Shown: positions 46,923 to 59,746, numbered from the stretch's first letter. The stretch: 64,000 nucleotides of DNA from Deltaproteobacteria bacterium (GCA_019313905.1 JAFDAI010000001.1:20275-84274), one strand, 5' to 3'. Numbers and translations: made by a program. Notes: generated by a model not told the origin, from the letters alone.

Positions 46923-47393
46923 CTAAAACCTGTAGTGAGCAAATGCCTTGTTCGCCTCAGCCATCTTGTGAGTGTCTTCTCTCTTCTTAACAGACGCTCC
47001 CCTGCCTGCGGCTGCGTCCATGAACTCGACTGCCAATTTCTCCATCATGCTTTTACCGGTACGTGAGTGGGCATTCCCTATCAACCATCTGATCGCAAGG
47101 GCTATCCTCCTGTCCGGCAATACCTCTGTAGGCACCTGATATGTGGCGCCACCTATCCGCTTTGATTTTACCTCAAGGACAGGCCTTACGTTATCCATAG
47201 CCTTCTCGAAAACCTCAAGGGGTGATCCCTTTACTTTATTTTCTATAATGTCAAAGGCACCGTATAGCATAGACTCGGCAACGCTTTTCTTTCCCTTTTT
47301 CAGCAGATTATTAATAAACCTAGCCACCAGAACACTGTCGTACTTCGGATCAGCCAGTATTTTTCTTTTTGTTACTTCTCTTCTCCTCGACAT
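46923..47393 (-). CDS. rpsG: 30S ribosomal protein S7
   Basis: [18 protein letters not shown] and a C-terminal ...AFAHYRF. Confidence 0.96.
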   Translation of the reverse strand: MSRRREVTKRKILADPKYDSVLVARFINNLLKKGKKSVAESMLYGAFDIIENKVKGSPLEVFEKAMDNVRPVLEVKSKRIGGATYQVPTEVLPDRRIALAIRWLIGNAHSRTGKSMMEKLAVEFMDAAAGRGASVKKREDTHKMAEANKAFAHYRF

Positions 47394-47407
47394 ATAACTA
47401 TTCCTGT

Positions 47408-47779
47408 CTACTTAGGTTTTTTGGAGCCGTATTTCGACCTGCCCTGTTTTCTGTCTTGAACTCCTACGGCATCAAGAGAACCCCTTACTACATGATATCT
47501 GACTCCGGGGAGATCTTTAACTCTGCCACCCCTTACAAGAACAACAGAATGCTCCTGAAGATTATGTCCTATGCCCGGTATATATGAGGTAACCTCGTAA
47601 CCGCTGGTAAGGCGAACCCTGGCCACCTTTCTCAGGGCTGAATTCGGCTTCTTGGGTGTAGTGGTATACACCCTGACACAAACCCCTCTTCTCTGGGGGC
47701 AACTGGCAAGAGCCGGAGCCGAAGTTTTCTTCTTTAATTTTGATCTGCCCTTGCGTATTAATTGGTTTATCGTAGGCAT
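47408..47779 (-). CDS. rpsL: 30S ribosomal protein S12
   Basis: [12 protein letters not shown]...[16 protein letters not shown]. Confidence 0.97.
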   Translation of the reverse strand: MPTINQLIRKGRSKLKKKTSAPALASCPQRRGVCVRVYTTTPKKPNSALRKVARVRLTSGYEVTSYIPGIGHNLQEHSVVLVRGGRVKDLPGVRYHVVRGSLDAVGVQDRKQGRSKYGSKKPK

Positions 47780-47845
47780 TATCCCTCCACAAATCCTTCC
47801 CGCTACATCTTCAGAAACTGACGTACAGCAAAGTAGCGGTTTGTA

Positions 47846-50800
47846 TCAATTCACAACTTGACTGTCAAGGTTTTTCTCAATATTTTCTTCATTTATTTGC
47901 TGATCTTCAGAAACCGGAATTTCGTCCTCAACGTCTATTCCCAGCTTCTTATACATGGGAAGTCCCGTGCCGGCAGGAATCAGCCTGCCCATAATCACAT
48001 TTTCCTTAAGACCCCTCAGGTAATCCACCTTTCCGGACAGAGCAGCTTCTGTAAGCACACGGGTTGTTTCCTGGAAAGATGCCGCGGATATGAAGCTGTC
48101 GGTATGAAGCGATGCCTTTGTAATGCCAAGAAGCACAGGCACGCCTGTAGCCGGCTTCCCCTCCTCTTGGACTGCCTTCTCGTTCTCCTCTTCAAACCTG
48201 TTCTTATCCACCTGTTCATTCACGAGGAAAGAGGTGTCACCGGAATCTGTCACTCTTACCTTCTTGAGCATCTGCCGCACTATAATCTCTATGTGTTTGT
48301 CATTGATCTTGACTCCCTGCAATCTGTAAACTTCCTGCACCTCGTCGACCATATAACTCGCCAGTGCTTTCTCGCCCTTTATGCTGAGCATGTCATGAGG
48401 ATTACTCAATCCATCCATCAGGGCCTGACCCGCTACGACTATGTCACCCTCCTGGACACTGATATGTTTCCCCTTGGCAATCAAATATTCCTTCGGGTCT
48501 CCCACGTCAGGCGTTATGATTATCTTTCTCTTTCCCTTGGCATCGTCACCGTAAGAAATTTCCCCGTCTATCTCGGCTATCACGGCATACTCCTTAGGTT
48601 TTCTGGCCTCAAAGAGCTCTGCAACACGCGGGAGACCCCCCGTAATATCCTTCGTTTTTGTGGTTTCTCTGGGGATCCTGGCGATAATATCGCCTGCCTT
48701 TATCTCATCACCTTCTGAAACACCAATGTTTGCTCCCACAGGCAGCAGGTGCCGCGCGATTTTATGCGTTCCAGGAACTCTGGCTGTTTTTCCATTCCTG
48801 TCTTTTATCGAAACCCTGGGGCGCAGATCGGCAGATCTGTATTCTACAATCACCTTCCTTGAAAGACCGGTAACCTCGTCAACCTGCTCCTGCATTGTTT
48901 TCCCTTCAACAATATCTCCAAATTTTATGGTCCCATCAATTTCGGAAAGTATTGGAATCGCATAGGGATCCCATTGGGCAACCAGGGTGCCCGCCTTTAT
49001 ATCATGTCCTTCAACAACCTTTAAATGGGCACCATAGGGAACAGGATATTTACCACGATTCCTTCCCTCTTCATCCAGAACATGAATCTCCCCATTCCTG
49101 CTCATAACAACGGTTTCATTATCCTTGCTCACCGCCACATTGAGATCAACAAACTTAAGCACTCCATCATGTCTCGCTTCCAGAGTGGAGTGTTCTTCAA
49201 ACTTCGCCGTACCACCGATGTGGAATGTTCTCATGGTCAACTGCGTTCCAGGTTCACCTATGGATTGTGCCGCAATAATCCCAACAGCTTCACCTATATT
49301 TACCAGATGCCCGTGCGCCAGGTCTCTTCCGTAACACAGCGCGCAGATTCCATGTTTCGACTTGCAGGCCAGGGCGGATCTTATGAGCACTCTTTCCAGT
49401 CCTGCCTTGTCAATTCTGTCAGCAATAGTCTCATCAATTTCCTGATTGGCCTCTGCCAGAATTTCTCCGGTAAAGGGATCTTCTATATCTTCCAGGGCAA
49501 CCCTTCCAAGAATGCGCTCACCCACCGTTTCGATCATTTCTCCACCCTCAACCAGGGCTGAAACGTAAATTCCATCAAGCGTTCCGCAATCCTTCTCCAT
49601 AACAATAGAATCCTGTGCCACATCAACAAGTCTTCTCGTGAGATACCCGGAGTTTGCCGTTTTCAAAGCTGTATCGGCAAGGCCTTTCCTGGCACCATGA
49701 GTGGAGATAAAATACTGTAGAACAGAAAGACCCTCCCTGAAATTGGCGGTAATGGGTGTTTCTATAATCTCCCCTGACGGTTTTGCCATCAGGCCTCTCA
49801 TGCCGGCAAGCTGCCTCGTCTGAGCCGCACTGCCACGTGCACCGGAATCGGCCATCATATAAATTGAATTGAAGCTCTCAATCTGCTTCTTCATCCCGTC
49901 GGGGGCATTTATTTCCTCGGTACCGATACCCCTCAGCATGTCATCGGCAACCTTCTCAGTAGCATGGGCCCAAATATCGATAACCTTATTGTAACGTTCA
50001 CCATCGGTTATCAGGCCGTCCATATACTGTTTCTGTATTTCCAGGACATCTTGCTGCGCCCTGTCAACAATATCACCCTTGCTGTCGGGAATGGCAAGAT
50101 CGCCTATAGCAATCGACAGACCGGAAATCGTGGCATATTTATAGCCAAGGTCCTTCAATCGGTCCGCCAGTATAACCGTCGTTTTTGCCCCGGAATGCCT
50201 GTAACTGTAGTCGATCAGATTGGCTATCTCCTTTTTGTTCATCACCTTATTAATAAGATCAAAGGAGATCCCGTCGGGAATAATCTCATAGAGTAGTATC
50301 CGGCCCACAGTCGTGTCAACCATCATACCGTTCATCCTAACCTTTATCGTGGCATGGAGATCAACAGCTTCCGCATCATACGCGCTTCTCACCTCACCGG
50401 GATCGGAAAAGATCATCCCTTCCCCTTTTGCATACTCCTCTGACCTGGTCATGTAATATATGCCAAGGACCATATCCTGACTGGGAACGATTATAGGCTT
50501 GCCATTGGCCGGAGAGAGTATGTTATTGGTAGACATCATGAGGCATCTTGCCTCCACCTGTGCCTCTATCGACAAAGGCACATGCACTGCCATCTGATCC
50601 CCATCAAAATCCGCATTGAATGCTGCGCAAACGAGGGGATGAAGCTGCAGAGCCTTCCCTTCAATGAGAACGGGTTCAAACGCCTGGATGCCGAGCCTGT
50701 GCAAAGTTGGAGCCCTGTTAAGCAACACGGGATACTCACGCACAACTTCATCCAGGGCATCCCATACTTCCGAGCTCTCCTTCTCGACCATTTTTTTCGC

Positions 50801-51991
50801 ACTTTTTACAGTCGTCACATATCCCTTTTCCTCAAGCCTGTTATAGATAAAGGGCTTAAATAATTCCAGCGCCATCTTTTTGGGAAGCCCGCACTGATGT
50901 AACCTCAGGTCCGGTCCCACTGTAATCACAGACCTTCCGGAATAATCAACCCTCTTTCCGAGCAGATTCTGCCTGAATCTTCCCTGCTTCCCTTTGAGCA
51001 TGTCCGACAGAGACTTTAAAGGTCTTTTGTTGGAACCTGTAACCGCGCGACCACGTCTGCCGTTATCAAACAGACAATCAACGGCTTCCTGGAGCATCCT
51101 TTTTTCATTCCTTATAATAATCTCCGGGGCATTCAGCTCCAACAGGCGTTTCAATCGATTGTTCCTGTTTATGACCCTCCTGTACAAATCATTCAGGTCG
51201 GATGTGGCAAAACGGCCGCCATCCAGCGGAACCAGTGGTCTCAGGTCAGGTGGAATTACGGGAATCACTGTGAGGGTCATCCATTCAGGCCTGTTTCCCG
51301 ATCTCTTCAATGCCTCGACAACCTTCAACCTTTTTGTGAGTTTTGTCTTTTTGGTGACTGAGGTGGCTTCCTTGAGCTCGGTCCGGAGCTCACCGTCCAG
51401 TTCTTCCAGATTGACCTCCTCCAGAAGTTTTCTGATAGCTTCCGCACCGATACCTGCCTCAAAAGCATCCTCGCCATATTCATCCAGCACTTCCAGATAT
51501 TGATCTTCCGAAAGGAGTTCTTTCTTTTTCAGAGTGGTATCCTTCGGATCAAGAACTATCCACGACTCAAAATACAAAACCCGTTCCAATTCCTTCAGCG
51601 TAAGATCCAGGACATTTCCTATTCTACTGGGCAGGCTCTTGAGAAACCAGATATGCGCCACAGGTGCGGCCAGAACTATATGTCCCATCCTCTCCCTGCG
51701 AACTTTTGACTGGATGACTTCAACTCCGCATTTCTCGCACACCATACCGCGGTGCTTCATTCTCTTATAGCGACCGCAGAGACACTCGTAGTCCTTGACC
51801 GGCCCGAATATCTTTGCACAGAACAGTCCGTCTCTTTCAGGCTTGAATGTCCTGTAATTTATAGTCTCAGGCTTTTTAACTTCTCCCCGAGACCACGAGA
51901 TTATATCTTCCGGCGAGGCCAGCGATATTTTGATGGCATTAAATCTTACAGGATCCTTAGGCTTCTCGAAAAAACCATAGATATCTTCCAC
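47846..51991 (-). CDS. rpoC: DNA-directed RNA polymerase subunit beta'
   Basis: 1381 aa with the zinc motif [20 protein letters not shown] and the catalytic NADFDGD. Confidence 0.98.
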   Translation of the reverse strand: MEDIYGFFEKPKDPVRFNAIKISLASPEDIISWSRGEVKKPETINYRTFKPERDGLFCAKIFGPVKDYECLCGRYKRMKHRGMVCEKCGVEVIQSKVRRERMGHIVLAAPVAHIWFLKSLPSRIGNVLDLTLKELERVLYFESWIVLDPKDTTLKKKELLSEDQYLEVLDEYGEDAFEAGIGAEAIRKLLEEVNLEELDGELRTELKEATSVTKKTKLTKRLKVVEALKRSGNRPEWMTLTVIPVIPPDLRPLVPLDGGRFATSDLNDLYRRVINRNNRLKRLLELNAPEIIIRNEKRMLQEAVDCLFDNGRRGRAVTGSNKRPLKSLSDMLKGKQGRFRQNLLGKRVDYSGRSVITVGPDLRLHQCGLPKKMALELFKPFIYNRLEEKGYVTTVKSAKKMVEKESSEVWDALDEVVREYPVLLNRAPTLHRLGIQAFEPVLIEGKALQLHPLVCAAFNADFDGDQMAVHVPLSIEAQVEARCLMMSTNNILSPANGKPIIVPSQDMVLGIYYMTRSEEYAKGEGMIFSDPGEVRSAYDAEAVDLHATIKVRMNGMMVDTTVGRILLYEIIPDGISFDLINKVMNKKEIANLIDYSYRHSGAKTTVILADRLKDLGYKYATISGLSIAIGDLAIPDSKGDIVDRAQQDVLEIQKQYMDGLITDGERYNKVIDIWAHATEKVADDMLRGIGTEEINAPDGMKKQIESFNSIYMMADSGARGSAAQTRQLAGMRGLMAKPSGEIIETPITANFREGLSVLQYFISTHGARKGLADTALKTANSGYLTRRLVDVAQDSIVMEKDCGTLDGIYVSALVEGGEMIETVGERILGRVALEDIEDPFTGEILAEANQEIDETIADRIDKAGLERVLIRSALACKSKHGICALCYGRDLAHGHLVNIGEAVGIIAAQSIGEPGTQLTMRTFHIGGTAKFEEHSTLEARHDGVLKFVDLNVAVSKDNETVVMSRNGEIHVLDEEGRNRGKYPVPYGAHLKVVEGHDIKAGTLVAQWDPYAIPILSEIDGTIKFGDIVEGKTMQEQVDEVTGLSRKVIVEYRSADLRPRVSIKDRNGKTARVPGTHKIARHLLPVGANIGVSEGDEIKAGDIIARIPRETTKTKDITGGLPRVAELFEARKPKEYAVIAEIDGEISYGDDAKGKRKIIITPDVGDPKEYLIAKGKHISVQEGDIVVAGQALMDGLSNPHDMLSIKGEKALASYMVDEVQEVYRLQGVKINDKHIEIIVRQMLKKVRVTDSGDTSFLVNEQVDKNRFEEENEKAVQEEGKPATGVPVLLGITKASLHTDSFISAASFQETTRVLTEAALSGKVDYLRGLKENVIMGRLIPAGTGLPMYKKLGIDVEDEIPVSEDQQINEENIEKNLDSQVVN

Positions 51992-52035
51992 TGGATAAAA
52001 CTCCCTTTGTTTTAAAAATGTTCTACAATCAACTT

Positions 52036-55000
52036 TTACTCATCTTCTACTAATTCAACATCAATAGCCAGACCCTGTAATTCTTTGACAAGCACATTAA
52101 AGGACTCCGGCAATCCGGGCTCCAGGGTATGTTCGCCCTTTACTATAGCTTCGTACATTCTCGTTCTTCCCGCCACATCGTCCGACTTGACAGTAAGAAA
52201 CTCCTGCAACGCATAGGCAGCTCCATAGGCTTCAATTGCCCATACCTCCATTTCACCCAGCCTCTGGCCACCAAATTGCGCCTTTCCTCCAAGCGGTTGC
52301 TGTGTAACCAGAGAATACGGCCCTATGGATCTCGCATGGATCTTATCATCGACAAGATGGTGGAGTTTCAACATATAGATCATTCCCACCGTTATATTCT
52401 TGTCAAAAGGTTCTCCCGTGCGACCGTCGTAGAGCCTCGTCTGCCCTGTTTCCGGCAGCCCCACAGATCTCAGCATATCCTTTATTTCATCTTCACTAGC
52501 CCCATCGAAAACCGGGGTGGCCAGAGACACTCCTCTTTTCAATCTGCGAACAAATCTCCTGACTTCATCGCCAGTAGCTCCATCCACAAAATCATCAAAT
52601 TCAGGAGAGGAATATATTCCCTTCAGCTCTTTCTTTACCACATCCATGCCAACTCTTTCCGCAAGGTCCTGAATCTTATCGCCCAGGCTCTTCGCCGCCC
52701 ACCCGAGGTGTGTCTCGAGAATCTGGCCTACATTCATACGCGAAGGCACACCAAGGGGATTTAAGACGATATCAACAGGGGTTCCATCTTCAAAGAAAGG
52801 CATATCAGCCTCCGGAAGTATTCTTGACAACACGCCCTTATTGCCATGTCTGCCCGCCATCTTGTCACCGACGGAGAGTTTCCTCTTTATGGCAATATAC
52901 ACCTTTACCAGTTTGATCACACCGGGTGGTAATTCATCGCCCGTTTTCATCCTTTCTATCTTCTCCGCAAAAAACGTTTCGACATCTTCTACCCTTTGCG
53001 CAAGACCCGCCGATATGGCCCTTATTTTCTCTTCAACCTTGTAATCATCCAACGTTATATCTTTCCAGAATCTGAACGGAATAAGCTCAAGTACGTCTTC
53101 GGTAATTGTTTCCGATTTCTTCAAAAAGGCCTTCCTCCCATTTGGATTAGCCAGTCTCGAAGCGGAAATTTTTCCTATGAGTAATTCGGAAATTTTTTTC
53201 TTTACACTATCGGTAATAATCCTGATTTCATCATCTCTGTCTTTGAAGAGATTGTTAATTTCTTCGTCTTCTATCGACTGAGATCTGCTGTCTTTCTCAG
53301 CACCCTTGCGGGTAAATATCTTGGCATCTATAACAATTCCTTCTACGCCGGGCGGAACTCTCAGAGATGTATCTCTGACATCGCCCGCTTTTTCTCCGAA
53401 TATGGCACGGAGAAGTTTTTCCTCCGGTGATAACTGGGTTTCACCCTTGGGCGTAACCTTTCCCACAAGAATATCGCCCGCCTTTACCGAAACACCCATC
53501 CTGACAATACCGCTTTCATCCAGATTTCTCAGAGCATCTTCTCCCATGTTGGGGATATCTCTTGTAATCTCTTCCTTGCCCAGCTTTGTGTCTCTGGCTA
53601 CTGTTTCAAATTCTTCTATATGCACGGATGTATAGATGTCATCCTTTACAACCCTTTCACTGATCAATATGGAATCTTCGTAATTGTATCCACCCCACGG
53701 CATGAAGGCCACCATAATATTCCTGCCCAGTGCCAGTTCACCGTTATCGGTAGCCGGACCATCAGCTATAATGTCTCCCTTTTTTACACTGCTGCCCTTG
53801 TCTACAATAGGTTTATGGTTAGAGCAGGTATTCTGGTTCGAACGTTGATACTTTATGAGACTATATATATCAACGCCAATATCGGACTCATCTCCGTCTT
53901 TGACGTCGCGCTTGATAACAATTCTCGCTGCATCAACATCTTCCACGGTACCTGATTCCCTTGCCACAATGACAGCACCTGAATCCCTGGCGACAACTGC
54001 CCCCATACCGGTCCCCACAAGGGGGGCCTCCGGTTTCAACAGCGGGACGGCCTGACGTTGCATATTAGAGCCCATCAGTGCCCGGTTGGCATCATCATGT
54101 TCCAGAAACGGGATAAGCCCGGTAGCAACCGAAACAAGCTGACTGGGAGACACATCCATCAGGTTTATCTCCTGCGGATTTACGGTTACGTAGTTTCCGC
54201 TCTTTCTCGCAGTGATGAGATCTTCAATAAACCTGCTCTCTGAATCAACAGGCACGTTCGCTTGAGTTATAATGTAATCTTCTTCCTCTGTCGCGGTAAG
54301 ATACCGGATTTCGTCAAAAACCCTTCCATCTCTCACAACTCTGTAAGGCGTCTCTATAAAACCGAAGTCGTTTACCCGGGCATAGGCACTGAGAGATACA
54401 ATCAGCCCGATATTGGGGCCTTCCGGCGTTTCAACAGGACACACACGCCCGTAGTGGGTGTTGTGCACATCTCTTACCTCAAAACCCGCCCTCTCGCGGG
54501 TAAGGCCTCCAGGACCAAGAGCCGATAACCTTCTCTTGTGCGTAATCTCAGAAAGAGGATTGGTCTGATCCATAAACTGAGAAAGCTGGCTGCTCCCGAA
54601 AAACTCATTAACTACGGCGGTAACAGGCTTGGCATTTATAAGATCGTGCGGCATCATGGTTTCTATGTCAAGGAGGCTCATCTTTTCCTTGATGGCGCGC
54701 TCCATCCTCACCAGCCCAATCCTGTACTGATTTTCTATAAGCTCTCCAACAGATCTTATCCTTCTGTTTCCAAGGTGATCTATATCATCAACGCTGTATT
54801 CACCCACACCATTCTTCAGATTGATGAGATATTTCACAGCCTTCATGGCATCCTCCCTGCGGAGGACCGTCACATCTGAAGGTACATCCATACGAAGTTT
54901 ATAATTCATCTTCACACGCCCGACATCAGACAGGTCATAGCTGTTGTGATCGAAAAAGAGACTGTTGAAAAATTTGCGGGCAGTTTCAAGTGAAGGGGGA

Positions 55001-56124
55001 TTGCTTGGCCTTAATCTTCTGTATATGTCTACGATGGCCTCTTCTTCTGTCTCAATTTTATCCATGAGCAGGGTGTTCCTGATAGAGGAATTCAGCCCTT
55101 CCTCATCAAGTTGAATGAATCTGACTTCAGTAATGTTCCTTTCGCGCAACGACTCCACACCATCTTCGTTCAATTCATCATTGCACTTCAGAAGGACTTC
55201 GCCGGTCTCGGGATCCACCACGTCTGAAGCAAGAACTTTACCCACAAGGTAATTCTCGCTTAGATCCATCATCTCCATCCCGGCATCCGCCATTTTTTTC
55301 AGGAAAGCCTTTGAAATCTTCCTTCCCTTCTTCAGGATTACCTCACCGGTCTGACTGTCCTTAATATCTTCAGGTATCCTTTCGCCGATAAGACTGTCAT
55401 CTACCACCAGAGACACGCGACGGTCGCTATTCAGAATGACTTCTTCAATATCGTAGAAGTACTCTATCAATTCCTCAACAGAATATCCCATGGCTTTAAG
55501 AAGCACCGTGACCGGCATCTTCCTTCTCCTGTCCACTCTTGCGTAGAGGAGATCTTTCGGATCAAACTCAAGATCGAGCCAGGAACCCCTTATGGGGATA
55601 ACCCTCGCTGAATATATAAGTTTCCCACTCGCATGGGTTTTTCCCTTGTCGTGATCAAAAAATATGCCCGGCGACCGATGCAGCTGACTTACGATAACCC
55701 TTTCGGTACCATTGACATTAAAAGTGCCTTTATCGGTCATCAACGGAATTTCACCGAAGTATATTTCCTGCTCCTTTATATCTCTTATGAACTTTTGTTC
55801 GCTGCCCCGACCATTGTCGAACACAATAAGCCTGACCACCACTTTCAGAGGGGCATTATAGGTCATGCCCTTTTGCGTGCATTCCCTGACGTCATATCTG
55901 GGATCTCCTATCTTATAGCTGACAAACTCCAGAGAGCATTTCCCGCCAAAATCCATGATGGGAAAGACACTCTTAAATGCTCCCTGGAGACCGAAGCTCC
56001 CCCTGTCTTTAAGTTTCACATCGGCCTGGAGAAATTTTTCATAAGACTTTTTCTGAATTTCTATAAGATCAGGCATCTCAATTGTTTTCTTTATGCGGCC
56101 AAAACTTTTTCTATAAGTACCCAT
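52036..56124 (-). CDS. rpoB: DNA-directed RNA polymerase subunit beta
   Basis: 1362 aa with conserved [18 protein letters not shown] and ...[15 protein letters not shown]. Directly upstream of rpoC. Confidence 0.98.
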   Translation of the reverse strand: MGTYRKSFGRIKKTIEMPDLIEIQKKSYEKFLQADVKLKDRGSFGLQGAFKSVFPIMDFGGKCSLEFVSYKIGDPRYDVRECTQKGMTYNAPLKVVVRLIVFDNGRGSEQKFIRDIKEQEIYFGEIPLMTDKGTFNVNGTERVIVSQLHRSPGIFFDHDKGKTHASGKLIYSARVIPIRGSWLDLEFDPKDLLYARVDRRRKMPVTVLLKAMGYSVEELIEYFYDIEEVILNSDRRVSLVVDDSLIGERIPEDIKDSQTGEVILKKGRKISKAFLKKMADAGMEMMDLSENYLVGKVLASDVVDPETGEVLLKCNDELNEDGVESLRERNITEVRFIQLDEEGLNSSIRNTLLMDKIETEEEAIVDIYRRLRPSNPPSLETARKFFNSLFFDHNSYDLSDVGRVKMNYKLRMDVPSDVTVLRREDAMKAVKYLINLKNGVGEYSVDDIDHLGNRRIRSVGELIENQYRIGLVRMERAIKEKMSLLDIETMMPHDLINAKPVTAVVNEFFGSSQLSQFMDQTNPLSEITHKRRLSALGPGGLTRERAGFEVRDVHNTHYGRVCPVETPEGPNIGLIVSLSAYARVNDFGFIETPYRVVRDGRVFDEIRYLTATEEEDYIITQANVPVDSESRFIEDLITARKSGNYVTVNPQEINLMDVSPSQLVSVATGLIPFLEHDDANRALMGSNMQRQAVPLLKPEAPLVGTGMGAVVARDSGAVIVARESGTVEDVDAARIVIKRDVKDGDESDIGVDIYSLIKYQRSNQNTCSNHKPIVDKGSSVKKGDIIADGPATDNGELALGRNIMVAFMPWGGYNYEDSILISERVVKDDIYTSVHIEEFETVARDTKLGKEEITRDIPNMGEDALRNLDESGIVRMGVSVKAGDILVGKVTPKGETQLSPEEKLLRAIFGEKAGDVRDTSLRVPPGVEGIVIDAKIFTRKGAEKDSRSQSIEDEEINNLFKDRDDEIRIITDSVKKKISELLIGKISASRLANPNGRKAFLKKSETITEDVLELIPFRFWKDITLDDYKVEEKIRAISAGLAQRVEDVETFFAEKIERMKTGDELPPGVIKLVKVYIAIKRKLSVGDKMAGRHGNKGVLSRILPEADMPFFEDGTPVDIVLNPLGVPSRMNVGQILETHLGWAAKSLGDKIQDLAERVGMDVVKKELKGIYSSPEFDDFVDGATGDEVRRFVRRLKRGVSLATPVFDGASEDEIKDMLRSVGLPETGQTRLYDGRTGEPFDKNITVGMIYMLKLHHLVDDKIHARSIGPYSLVTQQPLGGKAQFGGQRLGEMEVWAIEAYGAAYALQEFLTVKSDDVAGRTRMYEAIVKGEHTLEPGLPESFNVLVKELQGLAIDVELVEDE

Positions 56125-56160
56125 AGTAATCCTTATGATGATTTACCCTTCATAAAATAG

Positions 56161-56213
56161 AGAAGCCAGAATAGAAAAAAATCTCTTTAATTTCTTTCTG
56201 ATCTCTGGCTTCT
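56161..56213 (-). promoter_or_regulatory. Long imperfect stem-loop in the rplL-rpoB spacer (attenuator or processing-site candidate)
   Basis: AGAAGCCAGA (56161-56170) pairs with TCTGGCTTCT (56204-56213). An inner AGAAAGAAAT/ATTTTTTTCT pairing extends the stem. Confidence 0.45.
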
Positions 56214-56264
56214 GGACCCATAATCTTGAATCCCTTTTTAACTTTTAGTAACTATTTAGGATTT

Positions 56265-56654
56265 TTATTTAATTTCTACACTTGCGCCTACTGCTTCCAG
56301 CTTGGCCTTTATCTCTTCAGCTTCGTCCTTTGATACGCCCTCTTTAACCGCTTTGGGGGCACCTTCAACCAGGTCCTTGGCTTCCTTAAGGCCCAGCCCC
56401 GTTACAGCCCTGGCGACTTTGATGACCTGGATCTTCTGATCGCCAAACCCCGTGAGTATGACATCAAAATCAGTTTTTTCCTCTGCCGGAGCTACTGCGG
56501 CCGGTCCAGCTGCTACAGCGGCAGCCACCGGGGCCGCTGCGGAAACACCAAACTTTTCTTCCAGTTCCTTAACCATTTCCGACAGCTCAAGAACTGTCAT
56601 ATTTTCGATAAAACTTATAACTTCTTCTTTCGTGATTTTTTTTGCTGTTGCCAT
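56265..56654 (-). CDS. rplL: 50S ribosomal protein L7/L12
   Basis: Ala-rich hinge ([19 protein letters not shown]) and a C-terminal ...[23 protein letters not shown]. Confidence 0.96.
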   Translation of the reverse strand: MATAKKITKEEVISFIENMTVLELSEMVKELEEKFGVSAAAPVAAAVAAGPAAVAPAEEKTDFDVILTGFGDQKIQVIKVARAVTGLGLKEAKDLVEGAPKAVKEGVSKDEAEEIKAKLEAVGASVEIK

Positions 56655-56680
56655 TTTTTGCTACTTCCTTTCCTGTATGT

Positions 56681-57202
56681 TTAATTTTCTTCTTTCTTCA
56701 TTCGATGTGCCTCAAGTACATGCACAAGTCCTCTGGGAACCCCGTCCAAAACCGTGACAAACTGGGTCTGTACCCCAACCAGGACAGAGAGGAATTTTCC
56801 AAGAAGGATATCCCTGCTCGGTAACTCGGCCAAGGTGCTTATCTGCTCCCTGCTCAAAAGCCTGCCATCCAGCACGCCCGCTTTGATGTCAAGCCGGTCA
56901 TTCTTTTTGGCAAATTCAACAAGTATTCTGGTCGGCTCAACCACATCTCCAAAGTTCATCATGAGAGCTCTGGGGCCCTTGAGATGATCATCCAGCAGTG
57001 AAAACTCGGTATCCTTCAGGGCGATACTCAAGAGGTTGTTTTTTACCACCTTAAACTCGCTGTCCGCCTTCCGCAACTCATTCCTCAGGTCGGTAATATC
57101 CTTGACCGTGATGCCGCTGTAGTCCGCAAGAATAGCCAGCTTCACATCCTTAAGCTTTTTATGAAGCTCGGTGACAACCTGTTCCTTAGCACTTCTATTC
57201 AA
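56681..57202 (-). CDS. rplJ: 50S ribosomal protein L10
   Basis: (TTG)NRSAKEQVVTELHKKL. AAAGGAGG lies 7 nt before TTG 57202; the listed ORF starts at GTG 57223, inside the SD. Confidence 0.9.
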   Translation of the reverse strand: MNRSAKEQVVTELHKKLKDVKLAILADYSGITVKDITDLRNELRKADSEFKVVKNNLLSIALKDTEFSLLDDHLKGPRALMMNFGDVVEPTRILVEFAKKNDRLDIKAGVLDGRLLSREQISTLAELPSRDILLGKFLSVLVGVQTQFVTVLDGVPRGLVHVLEAHRMKKEEN

Positions 57203-57388
57203 TACATGGCCTCCTTTCAACACTTGAATTCCAAAACATCCTGCCGCCCGAAGACGATCAAGACTATCTGAAAGTCAGACCGCTATACAGGAAAAATACT
57301 ACTTAAACTCCTCCATAGTCTCGGCAGGCCGACCCGGTGCTCGATTAAACATCCTGTACCTGCTGTCTCTGACTTCTTGTCTGTTTCT
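57203..57388 (-). promoter_or_regulatory. Possible L10 (rplJ) leader / autoregulatory mRNA region
   Basis: 186-nt untranslated spacer between rplA and rplJ, at the position of the known L10-L12 autoregulatory leader. I did not resolve a structure by eye. Confidence 0.3.
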
Positions 57389-58099
57389 TTACCCAGCTTT
57401 TAAGGTATTCCTGATATCCAATGGATCTATTTTAACTCCTGGGCCCATGGTAGTGGAAAGAGAAATGGCTTTCAGATATGTCCCTTTACTGGATGCAGGC
57501 TTCAGCTTCATTATGGATTCTACCAATGCAAGGATATTTTCTATCAACTTATTTGCTCCGAATGAGACCTTCCCCACAGGACTGTGAACAATTCCCGCTT
57601 TTTCAACCCTGAACTCAACCTTACCCGCTTTAAGTTCTTCGACCGCGTTCTTTACGTCAAACGTTACAGTTCCAACCTTGGGATTGGGCATCAAACCACG
57701 CGGGCCCAGAATCTTACCCAGCTTTCCAACACTGCCCATCATATCCGGGGTAGCAACAACCCTGTCAAACTCCAGCCACCCGCCCTTAATCTTTTCAACG
57801 AGGTCGTCCGAACCGGCAAGGTCCGCTCCGGCGTCAAGAGCCTCTCTTTCTTTGTCCCCTTTTGCGAAAACCAGCACTCTCACAGACTTGCCGAGTCCAT
57901 TAGGAAGCACCACACTCCCCCTTATCATCTGATCCGCGTGCTTGGGATTTACACCCAGTTTAATGGCAACATCAGCCGTCTCATCAAACTTTGTCCTTGC
58001 AGTTGATACCGCAAGCTCCACGGCTTCCTCCAACGAATAGCGCTGCCCGGACTCTACCTTTTCTCTTTTTTCCAAGTATCCCTTACCTCTGTTAGACAT
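57389..58099 (-). CDS. rplA: 50S ribosomal protein L1
   Basis: 236 aa with ...[34 protein letters not shown]. Confidence 0.96.
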   Translation of the reverse strand: MSNRGKGYLEKREKVESGQRYSLEEAVELAVSTARTKFDETADVAIKLGVNPKHADQMIRGSVVLPNGLGKSVRVLVFAKGDKEREALDAGADLAGSDDLVEKIKGGWLEFDRVVATPDMMGSVGKLGKILGPRGLMPNPKVGTVTFDVKNAVEELKAGKVEFRVEKAGIVHSPVGKVSFGANKLIENILALVESIMKLKPASSKGTYLKAISLSTTMGPGVKIDPLDIRNTLKAG

Positions 58100-58122
58100 C
58101 TCTATAAAACCCCGAAGTAAAT

Positions 58123-58548
58123 TTATTTGGCAATCTCAATACCCATGGACCTTGTAGTCCCTTCTACAATAGCCATAGCTCCATTAATATCTACGGCATT
58201 CAAATCCTCATACTTTATTTCAGCGATTTCCCTTAATTGCTTGGGGGTTACCGTCCCCACCTTTTCTCTTTTGGGATCTCCCGCGCCCTTTGCAATCTTT
58301 GCTGCCTGTTTTAACAAAACTGATGTTGGCGGCGTTTTGGTGATAAAGGTAAATGATTTATCGGCATACACGGTTATAACAACCGGTATTATCATGCCTT
58401 CCTGATTCTGCGTAAGGGCATTATAGGCCTTGCAGAATTCCATTATATTAACCCCGTGCTGGCCCAGGGCGGGACCGATTGGCGGCGACGGCGTGGCTTT
58501 GCCGGCCTGAATCTGAAGCTTGATACTTGCTATAACCTTCTTAGCCAT
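58123..58548 (-). CDS. rplK: 50S ribosomal protein L11
   Basis: [40 protein letters not shown]. Confidence 0.97.
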   Translation of the reverse strand: MAKKVIASIKLQIQAGKATPSPPIGPALGQHGVNIMEFCKAYNALTQNQEGMIIPVVITVYADKSFTFITKTPPTSVLLKQAAKIAKGAGDPKREKVGTVTPKQLREIAEIKYEDLNAVDINGAMAIVEGTTRSMGIEIAK

Positions 58549-58598
58549 TAGACTCCCCTTTACTGACTTCCATTTTCAAAAATTTTCTTGCTGCCTCT

Positions 58599-59129
58599 CT
58601 AATTTTGGACAACCTGTATAAAATCCAGTTCCACAGGTGTGGATCTGCCAAAGATACTCACGATAACTCTTAATTTACCCTTTTCCGGCTTGACTTCATC
58701 AACAACCCCATCAAAATTCGTAAAGGGACCATCCACAATTCTCACATGATCTCCAAGTCCAAACTCGAACTTTGGCTTGGGCTTCAATGTACCCTCATCT
58801 ATCTTGGTTTTCAGTAACTGGACAGATTCATCAGATATAGGCGACGGTCTGTCCCTCATCCCTATAAAACCAGTAACCTTGGGCGTGTCCTTCACTATAT
58901 GCCATGTGTCATCGTTCAATTCCATATTTACAAGTATGTAGCCGGGGAAAAATTTTCTCTTCGAAGTTTTTCTCTCCCCCTTTTTGAGTTCGACCACATC
59001 CTCCTCCGGTATCAGTATGTCGGCAAAATAATCCTGCATACCAGAGGTGGTCACCCTCTCCTCCAGAGAGCTCTTTACCCTGTTTTCAAAACCTGAGTAT
59101 GTATGAACGACATACCAACTGAAAGCCAT
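58599..59129 (-). CDS. nusG: Transcription termination/antitermination factor NusG
   Basis: WYVVHTYSGFENRVK and a C-terminal KOW domain (GDHVRIVDGPFTNFDGVV). Confidence 0.96.
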   Translation of the reverse strand: MAFSWYVVHTYSGFENRVKSSLEERVTTSGMQDYFADILIPEEDVVELKKGERKTSKRKFFPGYILVNMELNDDTWHIVKDTPKVTGFIGMRDRPSPISDESVQLLKTKIDEGTLKPKPKFEFGLGDHVRIVDGPFTNFDGVVDEVKPEKGKLRVIVSIFGRSTPVELDFIQVVQN

Positions 59130-59133
59130 ATCT

Positions 59134-59337
59134 TTAACCCAAAACCAACCTTATTATTTTGGTAAGACCGAGATCCACTACACCGAGAAACAGGGATACG
59201 ATAATAACCACAACTATCACGACAGAAGTCGAGGCAAGCGCCTCCTTCGGGGTTGGCCATGTCACCTTCTTCAGCTCAACCTTCGCTTCCCTCAAGAAGC
59301 GTTTCATCTTGCTTATCATCAACTTGATCTTTTCCAT
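59134..59337 (-). CDS. secE: Preprotein translocase subunit SecE
   Basis: MEKIKLMISKMKRFLREAKVELKKVTWPTPKE plus a single TM helix. The listed ORF extension (to 59394) runs into tRNA-Trp and is rejected. The exact start is uncertain because the SD is weak. Confidence 0.85.
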   Translation of the reverse strand: MEKIKLMISKMKRFLREAKVELKKVTWPTPKEALASTSVVIVVVIIVSLFLGVVDLGLTKIIRLVLG

Positions 59338-59361
59338 TAGACAAACCCGACAAAAACATAA

Positions 59362-59438
59362 TGGCAGGCCAGGAGGGATTCGAACCCCCAACACCCGGAT
59401 TTGGAGTCCGGTGCTCTAGCCATTAGAGCTACTGGCCT
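59362..59438 (-). tRNA. tRNA-Trp (anticodon CCA)
   Basis: Manual fold: acceptor stem AGGCCAG/CTGGCCT, anticodon arm CCGGA-CTCCAAA-TCCGG, T-loop GGTTCGAATCC, encoded 3' CCA. Confidence 0.9.
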
Positions 59439-59571
59439 GTCCCAAACGATATATTCCTATTTTGAGATTCCGGCAGTCCACAAAGAAACATTCCCGAATT
59501 CCCACGCCCCCCAATACCAACACTACCGAAAAACCCTATCACCCAGCATATCATAAACACAAACAGATCTT

Positions 59572-59721
59572 TTATTTCGTCTCTTTATGTATTGTATGAC
59601 ACCGGCAGAATTTGCAATATTTCTTCATCTCAAGACGATTTTTCGTAATTCGCTTGTTCTTCGTCGTAGTGTAATTTCTCTGTTTGCACTCACCACATGC
59701 AAGAATAACAATATCTCTCAT
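59572..59721 (-). CDS. rpmG: 50S ribosomal protein L33 (Cys4 zinc form)
   Basis: Not in the ORF track (49 aa). Manual translation: [49 protein letters not shown]. Confidence 0.92.
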   Translation of the reverse strand: MRDIVILACGECKQRNYTTTKNKRITKNRLEMKKYCKFCRCHTIHKETK

Positions 59722-59746
59722 CTCAATAAGCCTGCTTTCACCAAAA

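Noticed and set aside
59338-59394. N-terminal extension of the secE ORF (MLGVRIPPGLPLCFCRVCL...)
   Set aside because: The extension overlaps the tRNA-Trp gene. The conserved SecE sequence begins at MEKIK (ATG 59337).
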